The notes beneath the pieces were generated by a model. That model did no database searches. It saw nothing but the letters and a program-made list of their open reading frames with translations, and was not told the origin of the DNA. From contig PKTX01000008.1 in assembly GCA_002868945.1 (NCBI GenBank), forward strand, positions 48,474 to 112,473: a stretch of DNA of 64,000 nt. The letters run 5' to 3'. Position 1 is the first letter of the stretch. Every line of letters starts with the position of its first letter. The stretch comes from Desulfobulbaceae bacterium. GTDB lineage: Bacteria; Desulfobacterota; Desulfobulbia; Desulfobulbales; SURF-16. Below, piece after piece: positions 8,749 through 19,577 of this stretch. The position numbers were made by a program, and so were the translations under genes.

Positions 8749-10056
8749 TCAGGCGCCCTCGATTTTGGCGCGGTACCAGGCAATCTGATGGTCGCGCGCC
8801 TTTTTCATGTCAAGAAAGTAGATGTCCGCCGGAAAGAGGAGTTCGGCCGTGCCTGAGTCAAAGATGCGCTTCACCTCATACTCGTCATGGGCCACGTCCC
8901 GTTTATACATGTAGTCCAGATAGCTCTTGTTGGTGTGGACAATAAACTCCACCCGCATGCCGCCCATGCGGGCGAAGAACTTCAGCATCCTGGTGCCGAC
9001 AGAGCTGCCGATATTCTTGTTACGATAGTCGACTCCGGATGTCAGCGAGTCGGAGATATCCTCCAGAACCATGAAGGAGTGGGCGGCAATGGCACTCTTG
9101 GTCAGGTGGCTCTGGAAGAGCTTCACATCGGTGAGATTATCCAACACCCCCATGAGCCCCAGCTCATCGTCAACCGCCACGGCCGGGTTTTCCTCACCCT
9201 TGCGCAGCAGCTTGAGAACCTTGGTCTCCGGCGCTTTTTTGCGGATGGAGACATAGATGGGTATTTCCCGGCCCTGGGCCTTGAAGCGTCGCCTTTTGAG
9301 CAGAGTGAGCTTCTCTCCCGGCTGGAGGCGTACCTTTTCGCCCTGGTCTCTGCTGAGCAGCTGGTAATCGAGACAGGAGAAGTCGGCGGCATGGTGGCGG
9401 CTGTGCAGGTAGACAAGTTCAAGGTCGCCGATCTTGGTGCCGGGCAGCCAGACATGCCTGTTAAGAAAGTGGAGAAAGTCGGCGAACTTTGCCTCAATAT
9501 CCGTTTCCCGTTCACGTTGGTCAATGTAACCGGCCAGGTTCATGAGCAGCAGCTTGCGCTTGGCCTCAAAGCGGGCCTTCTGGTGATAAGAATCATCAAA
9601 GACGATGAGCAGGAGATCCACCGGGCTGGACAGGGCGTCCACCTCGTTGGTCATTTCGATATGTGAGGCATACCTGTTCAATACCTTGCTTTTAAGGTAG
9701 CGGATGACGCTGTCCGCCGTGCGCGAGTAGCTGGCCACCGTGGCGACAATCTCCCGCTCATTGCCGTGGATGCCGAACATGTTGCCGATCAGGCCGTAGG
9801 CCCGGCGGCTTACCAGGTGGCGCCGTTCTTCATCATCGATAAGCTCCTTGATCTCGGCAAAGGAGCGGACATCAAGGAGTTCAAAGACCTGGTTGCGCAG
9901 TACTCTGAACTTGGTGAGCTCGTTGTTCTTTTGCAGGAGTTTGACCATGCTCCTGCCGGCCGCGGAAAAGGTGCGGTCCGGCATGGGCTCGGCCAGGGTG
10001 GCAAAGGCGCCATGCTGGTCGAGCAGGGAAAACATCGTATCAGGGGAATGTGGCAT
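8749..10056 (-). CDS. Hypothetical protein with a C-terminal RelA/SpoT-like nucleotidyltransferase-like segment (tentative)
   Basis: 435-aa ORF with no TM or signal peptide. The C-terminal ~170 aa shows an ordered pattern: SIRKK..KLLRKG, DDELGLMGVL, NIGSS..RMLKFF, RVEFIVHT..AHDEYEVKR. This is reminiscent of synthetase motifs 1-4 of RelA/SpoT homologues. The gene call is solid; the function is tentative. Confidence 0.6.
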   Translation of the reverse strand: MPHSPDTMFSLLDQHGAFATLAEPMPDRTFSAAGRSMVKLLQKNNELTKFRVLRNQVFELLDVRSFAEIKELIDDEERRHLVSRRAYGLIGNMFGIHGNEREIVATVASYSRTADSVIRYLKSKVLNRYASHIEMTNEVDALSSPVDLLLIVFDDSYHQKARFEAKRKLLLMNLAGYIDQRERETDIEAKFADFLHFLNRHVWLPGTKIGDLELVYLHSRHHAADFSCLDYQLLSRDQGEKVRLQPGEKLTLLKRRRFKAQGREIPIYVSIRKKAPETKVLKLLRKGEENPAVAVDDELGLMGVLDNLTDVKLFQSHLTKSAIAAHSFMVLEDISDSLTSGVDYRNKNIGSSVGTRMLKFFARMGGMRVEFIVHTNKSYLDYMYKRDVAHDEYEVKRIFDSGTAELLFPADIYFLDMKKARDHQIAWYRAKIEGA

Positions 10057-10258
10057 AGGGTTGATCCGTTGGTGAGATGTGCTTCGTTTTGAGGGGTTGA
10101 TATGCTCTTTAGCCAGAAGTATGCCATGGGCAGACGCAGAGCTGTTTTTTCGTTTGGCGCGCGGCCGGCCGGGGCCTCACCATGCTCGAGCTGATCCGGC
10201 CGTTTTTACAATAATGTAGGGGGAGTCGGGTTTTTGTGCCGTTTTTGTGATCGTCGTC

Positions 10259-12805
<2,547 letters not shown>

Positions 12806-12971
12806 TGCCTTTCCGGGTCAGGGGGGCGAGAGACGGATCTTTGCATGAACCGAGAGGTGAGAGACCTGGGAGTGGTTGACAGCCTGTTGAGCAGGGTGAG
12901 GTCTTTCTGAGAGTATCCAAGAAGGCACCTCTCTTGTCAAGGGAGGTGTGGTTGAGGCCATCTCGGAATGA

Positions 12972-14342
12972 TCAGATCAGTGCAAGCCACTTCCGCAGGG
13001 AAATAATGGCCTGACTGCTGCGAAAGGCGGCCTTGTCGCGTTTGGCGATGCGGGAGCGTCGTCGCCTGTTGGTCGGTGCGGCGAGCGCTTGTGGCTGGCT
13101 GGCCCGGAAGGCCTTTTTGTCAAAGGGGGGAAAGAGGCTGTAGTTGACGTTGGAGGGTTGAAAGTGTTTGCCGAGCGGTTCGGTGAGGTGGCGGATCAGG
13201 GCGCCATGGGCCGTGTCGGGCGGCGGCACGGCGACAGTCAATCCCCGGCTGAGGCGGGCGGCGTTGAGCCCGGCCAGAAGGCCCATGGCGGTGGACTCCA
13301 CATAGCCCTCCACGCCGCTGAGCTGGCCGGCCAGCAGGATGTGGGGATGGCGGCTGAGCTGCAGGGAGGGCAGCAGCACCTTGGGGGCGCAGACAAAGGT
13401 GTTGCGGTGAATGGAGCCGAGACGGACAAAGTCGGCCTGCTCCATGCCGGGAATAAGGCTGAAGACCTGGCGCTGGGCCGGATAGGTGAGTTTGGTCTGA
13501 AAGCCCACCATGTTGTAATGGCTGCCGGCCCGGTCTTCCATGCGCAGCTGCACCACGGCATAGGGGTCGCGGCCGGTGCGCGGATCAGGCAGCCCCACCG
13601 GTTTCATGGGGCCGAAGCGCAGGGTGTCGACGCCGCGTTCCAGCATGATTTCAATGGGCAGGCAGCCCTCAAAGTAGTGCTGTTTTTCAAAGCTCTTCAG
13701 GGGGACCTTGTCGGCCGCGGCCAGGGCCGTGATAAAACGCTGGTACTCCTCCTTGCTGAAGGGACAGTTGAGATAGTCGCCCGGACCGTCGTCATAGCGG
13801 GAGGCCTGGTAGATAACGGCGCGGTTGAGGGATTCGGCCGTGACAATGGGGGCAATGGCGTCGTAGAAGGCCAGATGCTCGCTGCCGGTGAGCCGGGCCA
13901 GGTCGGCGGCCAGGTCACTGGCGGTCAAGGGACCGGTGGCCAGGATGGTGAGACCGGCAGCGGGCAGCTCTTTGACCTGGCGGCGAATGATCTCGATATT
14001 CGGTTGATCGGCCACGGCAGCGGTAACCGCGGCGGCAAAGCGGTGGCGATCCACGGCCAAGGCCTTGCCGGCCGGCACACTGGTGTCGTCGGCCACGGCC
14101 ATGAGCAGGGACCCCATGAGGCGCATCTCCTCCTTGAGCAGGCCCACGGCCGAGACGGGGTCATTGGAGCGAAAGGAGTTGGAACAGACCAGTTCGGCCA
14201 GGTCCGGTGATTCGTGGGCCGGGCTGTAGTGTTCGGGCTTCATGTCAAAGAGGGTGACACGGATGCCGCGTTTGGCGGCCTGCCAAGCCGCCTCGCAGCC
14301 GGCCAGGCCGCCGCCAATGATGGTAATGGAGGGGCTGGTCAT
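12972..14342 (-). CDS. trmFO: Methylenetetrahydrofolate--tRNA-(uracil54-C5)-methyltransferase TrmFO
   Basis: 456 aa. The N-terminal FAD motif is IIGGGLAGCEAAWQAAKRG, and the full-length layout is characteristic of TrmFO/Gid. Confidence 0.92.
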   Translation of the reverse strand: MTSPSITIIGGGLAGCEAAWQAAKRGIRVTLFDMKPEHYSPAHESPDLAELVCSNSFRSNDPVSAVGLLKEEMRLMGSLLMAVADDTSVPAGKALAVDRHRFAAAVTAAVADQPNIEIIRRQVKELPAAGLTILATGPLTASDLAADLARLTGSEHLAFYDAIAPIVTAESLNRAVIYQASRYDDGPGDYLNCPFSKEEYQRFITALAAADKVPLKSFEKQHYFEGCLPIEIMLERGVDTLRFGPMKPVGLPDPRTGRDPYAVVQLRMEDRAGSHYNMVGFQTKLTYPAQRQVFSLIPGMEQADFVRLGSIHRNTFVCAPKVLLPSLQLSRHPHILLAGQLSGVEGYVESTAMGLLAGLNAARLSRGLTVAVPPPDTAHGALIRHLTEPLGKHFQPSNVNYSLFPPFDKKAFRASQPQALAAPTNRRRRSRIAKRDKAAFRSSQAIISLRKWLALI

Positions 14343-14361
14343 GGGTACAATGCCTTGAAAT

Positions 14362-14415
14362 CACAAAGGCACAGAGGACACAAAGAAAAAATCTCCGTGT
14401 CTTTGTGCCTTTGTG
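14362..14415. repeat. Long imperfect inverted repeat (stem about 20 bp) between adk stop and trmFO start
   Basis: CACAAAGGCACAGAGGACACAAAG (14362-14385) pairs with CCGTGTCTTTGTGCCTTTGTG (14395-14415). No clear U-run follows on the coding (minus) strand. Confidence 0.6.
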
Positions 14416-14452
14416 TTGATAAAAAAAACCGCGATCTGAAGAGATAGAATCT

Positions 14453-15100
14453 TTAGATTCCCAGTTGCTCTTTGATCCCGTCAACCACGGCATCGCTGGA
14501 GGTGCCGGTGATGGATTTCAGCAGACCCTCTTTTTCGTAGAAACCGGCCACAGGCGCGGTTTTCTCGTTATAGGTGTCGAGGCGATGGGCAATGGCCTCT
14601 TCGGTCTCATCGGCCCGTTGTACCACCGGGCTGCCGCACTTGTCACAGATGCCCTCTTTCTTGGGGGGCATGCTCTTGATGTTGTAGATGGCCTGGCACT
14701 CCGAGTTTTCGCAGGTGCGGCGGGTACAGAGGCGGTCAAAGATGACGTCGCGCGGCACATCAATGTCAACCACCATGTCGAGCTTGATACCCAGTTTGTC
14801 GAGCAGCTCTTTTAAGGCCTCGGCATGGGGAATGGTGCGCGGAAAGCCGTCAAGGAGGAAGCCGTTTTTACAGTCATCCTCCTGGAGACGATTCTCCATG
14901 ATACCCATGATCAGGCTGTCCGGCACCAGGTCGCCGCGATCCATGTAGCCTTTGGCCTCTTTGCCGAGCTCGGTGCCCGCCTGTACGGCGCCGCGCAGGA
15001 TGTCGCCGGTGGAGATCTGGACGGAGCCGTCTATTTTGGTGAGCATCTTGGCCACAGTGCCTTTACCGGCGCCGGGGGCGCCTAAAAGAATAAGTTTCAT
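14453..15100 (-). CDS. adk: Adenylate kinase
   Basis: P-loop LLGAPGAGKGT and a Cys-rich zinc-type lid (CENSEC...CDKCG). The ATG at 15100 has a GGAGG SD 9 nt upstream. The TTG start in the track at 15115 is rejected. Confidence 0.95.
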   Translation of the reverse strand: MKLILLGAPGAGKGTVAKMLTKIDGSVQISTGDILRGAVQAGTELGKEAKGYMDRGDLVPDSLIMGIMENRLQEDDCKNGFLLDGFPRTIPHAEALKELLDKLGIKLDMVVDIDVPRDVIFDRLCTRRTCENSECQAIYNIKSMPPKKEGICDKCGSPVVQRADETEEAIAHRLDTYNEKTAPVAGFYEKEGLLKSITGTSSDAVVDGIKEQLGI

Positions 15101-15331
15101 GGGGATATCCTCCAATATCTATGATGAAATTGCCTGAAGGTCATCTTGGATAATTGCTCTTTATGCGAGATGCCCTTACGTTCCTGGGTTATTCCGGCCT
15201 GGCCGGAGAAGGCCGAGAATATAACAGAAAAAAAGAAAAGTGGCAAAGAAAGAGTGGGCCGAACGCCGGCAAGCAAAAAAGAGGAGCGCTCAGTCCAGTC
15301 AAGGGGCAAAAGAGAAGGTGCATTTAAGGGT

Positions 15332-15464
15332 ATCTTGAATAATTAGAAATTTTGTTCGAGTTTGAGAAGCATAGAGAATAAAAACCGCAGCATATCGAGT
15401 ATATGTGAGGAGTTTTATTTTCGTGGCGACGAAAAAATCGGGCAAAATAGCAATTATTCAAGAT
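15332..15464. repeat. Perfect 13-bp inverted repeat ATCTTGAATAATT / AATTATTCAAGAT flanking a 107-bp AT-rich core
   Basis: Arms are at 15332-15344 and 15452-15464. Close variants of the same 13-mer occur singly at 15139-15156, 18759-18776 (reverse), 54546-54560 and 56947-56963, all intergenic. Confidence 0.8.
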
Positions 15465-15594
15465 GGCCCTGAGGCACACGACGCAAGGGGTGAGGTGGGG
15501 AGGTGGCCTGGCCTGTGAAGGGACACAGGGGCAACGTCGCCATGCTGGCTGGACAGGCACTATCTGGCCAGTGGCGAGTCCATGGCAACAGGAC

Positions 15595-15632
15595 AAAAAA
15601 AAGCCGATGCTTGGGAGGAGCATCGGCTTTTT
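15595..15632 (-). terminator. Bidirectional intrinsic terminator hairpin (copy A)
   Basis: A 9-bp GC-rich stem is flanked by A8 on the plus strand (U8 on the minus strand) and T5. Confidence 0.7.
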
Positions 15633-15701
15633 CCACCTTCTTTTGAAGGAAGGTGAGGAGAGAAAAAATGAAGAAAGGAGTGAATGCATTTTTTATGCAG
15701 T
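15595..15701. repeat. Copy A of a ~108-bp duplicated structured unit (candidate sRNA or terminator module)
   Basis: The unit reads: A-run, hairpin AGCCGATGC/GCATCGGCT, T-run, second hairpin CCTTC-TTTT-GAAGG, purine tract GGTGAGGAGAGAAAAAATGAAGAAAGGAGTGA, third hairpin TGCAT-T5-ATGCA. Near-identical to copy B. Confidence 0.8.
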
Positions 15702-15870
15702 ATTAAATAGTATGACCTGCCTCCTGTTAAAGAGTTCCACCTTTTTCGGCATGGCCGTAAAAACTTTTTTTGTCGTGTTGACCTTTGGTTCAGCGGCCCT
15801 TGAGGCTCAGGGTCAAGGGCTGAGGGGGGATGTCGAAAGGCAGAGTGGCGGATAGATGTTCGGGCAGTGC

Positions 15871-15910
15871 AAAAAAAAAGCCGATGCCTGGGAGGGGGCA
15901 TCGGCTTTTT
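15871..15910 (-). terminator. Bidirectional intrinsic terminator hairpin (copy B), likely terminator of the 16037-18643 kinase gene
   Basis: A 10-bp stem AGCCGATGCC/GGCATCGGCT is flanked by A9 (U9 on the minus strand) and T5. It is the first strong hairpin downstream of the minus-strand kinase stop. Confidence 0.75.
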
Positions 15911-15979
15911 CCACCCCAGAGGAGGGGTGAGGAGGAGAGAAAAAAATGAAGAAAGGAGTGAATGCATTTTTTATGCAGT
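15871..15979. repeat. Copy B of the ~108-bp duplicated structured unit
   Basis: Same architecture as copy A, 276 bp away. Hairpin 2 has a different sequence but is still self-complementary (CACCCC-AGAGGA-GGGGTG). It lies in the 3' region of the kinase ending at 16037. Confidence 0.8.
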
Positions 15980-16036
15980 CTTATGTAGATTGACCCGGCC
16001 TGTCGGGAAGTGTTCCAGGAATTTTATTTTTTTTCA

Positions 16037-18643
16037 TCAGGCCGGACCTGCCGGGGCGCGGTTCTCCATACTGTTGTCAAGAGTTTCCCTGATAATCCGC
16101 GCCAGGTCTTCCAGTTCAAGGGGTTTCTGGATGTAGCGGTTGATCCCCGCATTTCGGGCCTTGTCTTTAAAGACCATTTCACCATAGCCGCTGCAGAGGA
16201 TGATCGGTATGTCGGGCCGAACTTCCCTGACCTTTTCGCTGAGCTGCAGGCCGGTGAGGTGGGGCATGGACATGTCGGTGAGGATAAGGTCATAGTCGGC
16301 CGGATGGTCAACAAAGTGGTGCCAGGCCTGTTTGCCGTCCGCAAAGCTTGTCACATGATAGCCGTATGTTTGCAGAACCTCGGTGACAAGCTCGCTGATG
16401 CTCTCTTCATCTTCCACCAGCAGCAGGTGTTCCGTGCCGCCGCGTATCACCTGGGGGGACTGAGGGGGGGCGGCAACCGGCTCTTCTTCAACCATGGGCA
16501 GGTAAACATGGAAGGTCGTCCCGTGCCCCGGTTCACTGTAGACGGTGATGTAGCCGTGGTGCGCGGTGACAATACCGTGGACCACGGCCAGGCCGAGTCC
16601 GGTGCCTTTGCCCATCTCTTTGGTGGTGAAGTAGGGTTCAAAGATCTTGGCCTTTGTTTCAGCGTTCATGCCGCAGCCCGTATCACTCACCTCAAGCCGG
16701 ATATACTTGCCCGGCTTGATTCGTGGCTCGGCAATGATCTCCTTGTCGCTGATGGTAACCTCATTGAGGAAGATGCCCAGGATGCCGCCGGTCTCCAGCA
16801 TGGCCTGATAGGCGTTGGTGGCCAGGTTCATGATGATCTGCTGGATCTGACCGGGATCGGCCAGGATGTTGCCCGGCGTGCTGATGTCCTGGCGCAGTTC
16901 AATGGATGAGGGGATTGAGGAACGCAGGAGCTTCACGGTTTCTCTGACCAGGTGGGTGATGTGAATGGACCTCTGGTCCTTGTCGGTTTGGCGACTGAAG
17001 GTCAGGATCTGTTTTATCAGATCCTTGGCCCGTTGGGCGGCGTTTTTCACCTGGTGGAGATCCTTGATCACCTTTTCCTTGTCATCGACCTTGAGCAGGG
17101 CCAGCTGGGTATAGCCGGAGATTGCCGTGAGAATGTTGTTGAAGTCATGGGCAATGCCGCCTGCCAGGGTGCCGATGGCCTCCATCTTCTGCGATTGACG
17201 GAGCCTGTTTTCAAGCTCCCTCTGTTCCGTAATATCCTTGGCAATGTGGACGATGTGGCTGAATTCGCCGCGCTCATCCGGTACCGGCGAGGTGGTTATC
17301 AAAAATTTCTTGCCGAGATTCTCGTGGTATATCTCGGCCGAATGGACCTGGCAGTTGTCGATGGTGGCAATGCCCGGACAGTTCTCGCAGGCCTCGGATC
17401 TGTTGTTGAACACCTCGTAGCAGAATTTGCCGGCTAAGGTGCCGGGCTCGGCCGCCAGCACGGTGTGGGCGGCTTGGTTGGCCTTGATGATGCGGAGGCC
17501 TGAGTCCATGATGCTGACAATATCGCCGATGGCGTTAAAGGTCCTTTCCCACTCTTTTTTGCTTTTGGTCAGTTCGTTTTCCGTCAGCTTTCGTTCGTCG
17601 ATCTCCCGGGTGAGGCGGGCCACCGTTTTTTTCAGACTGGCCCGGGATTGTTCAAGCTTGCCGATTAATTTCCCAAAGCTGAGGTAGAGGACGAGCAGGG
17701 CCAGGGCCAACAATGAGCCGGAGAAGATAAGGGAGCGTACTATATACTCTTGCCTGGCTGCCAGGGCATGGCTGATGTCCTGCATCACCACAATGCCGCC
17801 CAGTGTGGCGCCCTGGTGGTCGGTGAAGATCGGCAGGGTATGGATAAGATAGGACGTCTCGGCAATGGTGAGGCGCTGATTGTCACGGCTCAGCTCGAGA
17901 TTGCGGGGCAGGGCGTTGTAGAGGGGCTCGTCGTGCGTGTTCAGGGTATATTTGCCAAAGGTGAGAAATTGGTGTTCCGGCACCGCCGCCTTGATCACCT
18001 TTTGCCACTTTTCAGTAAGGTAGAAGGTGGTGAGGGGGTCGGAGATCCGCTCTTGGATGGACTCCATGATGGCGTGCACCTTGATGCCAAGCTCCACGGC
18101 GCCGACATAGGCGCACTGGTAAAAGATTGGCTGGATGATACGATAAAAGGCGCCATAGATGCCGATTTCGTAACAATTTAAGGGGGTCTTGTCCGCATGG
18201 ACCTTCTGCACCGCCGGTCTGATATGGCGCAGGTCGTCCCCGAATTTCTCCGGGTTGTGCATACGCAGAAAGGAACGGCCATCCGGCAGATGGAAGTGCA
18301 TGACATAGAGGTGTTTATTCTCCCGTTGCAGGGCCTGGTAAAGGGGGAGGACAAGGCCATAAAGGCCGGCGCGATCCCGGTCGTGGAGGGTCTGCGGAAT
18401 GCCGTTATGTGTGGCGACAAGGGTGGCCAACCGTTCCTGGTAGGGGGTCAGCGAATAGCGGCTGATGTCGCTGATCACGGCATTTATAGCCTGTTCCCGG
18501 GTCAGGATGATTTGCTCTATGGTGTTGCTGTGCAGCATGATGCCTTCATGGAAAAAGGCTGCCGCCAGGGTGAGGACCACCACGCAGACCACGGCCATTG
18601 CCTTGTTTTTTTCGCTCTTTGGGAAAAGGTCAGAAAGGCGCAT
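16037..18643 (-). CDS. Hybrid sensor histidine kinase (Cache-like sensor, PAS, HisKA, HATPase, REC)
   Basis: 868 aa. Sensor motif is MHFHLPDGRSFLRMHNPEKFGDDL and H-box is GGIAHDFNNILTAI. ATPase boxes are DTGCGM and GTGLGLAVV. C-terminal receiver has LLLVEDEESI and DLILTDMSMPHLTG. Confidence 0.92.
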   Translation of the reverse strand: MRLSDLFPKSEKNKAMAVVCVVVLTLAAAFFHEGIMLHSNTIEQIILTREQAINAVISDISRYSLTPYQERLATLVATHNGIPQTLHDRDRAGLYGLVLPLYQALQRENKHLYVMHFHLPDGRSFLRMHNPEKFGDDLRHIRPAVQKVHADKTPLNCYEIGIYGAFYRIIQPIFYQCAYVGAVELGIKVHAIMESIQERISDPLTTFYLTEKWQKVIKAAVPEHQFLTFGKYTLNTHDEPLYNALPRNLELSRDNQRLTIAETSYLIHTLPIFTDHQGATLGGIVVMQDISHALAARQEYIVRSLIFSGSLLALALLVLYLSFGKLIGKLEQSRASLKKTVARLTREIDERKLTENELTKSKKEWERTFNAIGDIVSIMDSGLRIIKANQAAHTVLAAEPGTLAGKFCYEVFNNRSEACENCPGIATIDNCQVHSAEIYHENLGKKFLITTSPVPDERGEFSHIVHIAKDITEQRELENRLRQSQKMEAIGTLAGGIAHDFNNILTAISGYTQLALLKVDDKEKVIKDLHQVKNAAQRAKDLIKQILTFSRQTDKDQRSIHITHLVRETVKLLRSSIPSSIELRQDISTPGNILADPGQIQQIIMNLATNAYQAMLETGGILGIFLNEVTISDKEIIAEPRIKPGKYIRLEVSDTGCGMNAETKAKIFEPYFTTKEMGKGTGLGLAVVHGIVTAHHGYITVYSEPGHGTTFHVYLPMVEEEPVAAPPQSPQVIRGGTEHLLLVEDEESISELVTEVLQTYGYHVTSFADGKQAWHHFVDHPADYDLILTDMSMPHLTGLQLSEKVREVRPDIPIILCSGYGEMVFKDKARNAGINRYIQKPLELEDLARIIRETLDNSMENRAPAGPA

Positions 18644-18775
18644 GTCGTGGCGTAATATCGTTGTTGTTGTGAGTGGTCATACCGTGCGTCTTGCGGGTGA
18701 CGGCTGAGACGAAATAGTTGCCGAGGCCTGTGTCAGGTGCAAAACATCAAGGGTGTTTCATTATTCAATGATACC

Positions 18776-18812
18776 CTTAAGCTTTTCTTCTGACTCCTGA
18801 ATCCTGACTTCT
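18776..18812 (-). repeat. Dispersed heptamer/AAGCTT upstream element, copy 1
   Basis: Plus strand reads CTTAAGCTTTTCTTC TGACTCC TGAATCC TGACTTC. The purine-rich strand is sense to the kinase gene, about 136 nt upstream of its start at 18643. Confidence 0.75.
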
Positions 18813-19201
18813 CGCAGTATTTGCCCAACACCCCTTTTGCTTCAGGCCAGGTGTTTTTCATTCTTTGTCGGCTCTCCTGGCTTCCGTCGACTTTTAACAG
18901 CATACTCGAACTTCCTTTGTCCAGGTCAAGAATTACTTTTCCGGCAGGTCAGGGGATAGCGCTATACGCGCCGCCTCTTCTATAGTTATTTCCTATTTGA
19001 TTTATCGGGCTATCTTGGTATTTTGCCGACAAGTTAAGCGCTTTCTTAAGAACCAGGCGCGTCTTTACCATGAAAAAAAAGAGTGCCGAAAAGAGCCTTA
19101 TCTGTCTGCTCTTTCGTCTGAAAAGGTGTGCCCCGGGCAGCGGCCCAGTGAGCCCCAGGCGCTCTTGTCGGCGGAATAAACCCATATCAGGAGAATGAAC
19201 C

Positions 19202-19552
19202 ATGCTCGAAGTAAGTCAAGCGGCCTTGACAAATGTCAAGGAGTATCTGCGTCAGCAAAAAATCGATTCACCCATTCGCGTCACCATGATCTCCGGTGGA
19301 TGTGCCGGTTCCAGCCTGAGTCTGGCCCTGGACGAGGCCACGGACCAGGACCACGTCTTTAGCCATGGGGGGATTGGCTTTGTGGTGGATAAGTCCCTGT
19401 TGGCGTCCTGTGGGCGGATCAAGGTGGATTTTATTGAAAAGAAAGAGGGCGGTTGCGGCTGCGGCGGCAGTGGCGGTTTCAGCGTTACCAGTGAAAAACC
19501 TCTGAGCAGCGGCGCCTGCGGCTGTTCCTGTGATTCGGGATCCTGCGCCTGA
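19202..19552 (+). CDS. HesB/IscA-family iron-sulfur cluster assembly protein with extra Cys-rich tail
   Basis: GGAGAA SD. It has the IscA Cys (GGCAGSS) and the C-terminal CGCGGSGGF signature, followed by an extra 21-aa tail carrying the four-Cys stretch CGCSCDSGSC. Confidence 0.8.
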   Translation: MLEVSQAALTNVKEYLRQQKIDSPIRVTMISGGCAGSSLSLALDEATDQDHVFSHGGIGFVVDKSLLASCGRIKVDFIEKKEGGCGCGGSGGFSVTSEKPLSSGACGCSCDSGSCA

Positions 19553-19577
19553 TCGGGGCGCCGTGCCACCGAGCTAC

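Noticed and set aside
15332-15464. MITE-like mobile element defined by the perfect 13-bp terminal inverted repeats.
   Set aside because: There is no target-site duplication. The same 13-mer also occurs as isolated single copies in other spacers. That fits a binding site or dispersed motif better than transposon ends.
15595-15979. CRISPR-like array.
   Set aside because: There are only two repeat copies with a 276-bp period. The repeat itself contains a terminator, and no cas genes are present.
15668-15993. Calling the duplicated micro-ORFs (MKKGVNAFFMQY, MKKGVNAFFMQSYVD) as CDS features.
   Set aside because: At 12-15 codons they are below what sequence alone can support. Conservation is explained equally well by RNA structure. 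I kept them only as an alternative hypothesis in the finding.
19070-19198. 42-aa ORF (MKKKSAEKSLICLLFRLKRC...) just upstream of the IscA-like gene.
   Set aside because: It has no ribosome-binding site, and its Arg/Cys/Pro-rich composition is atypical of the real genes here.
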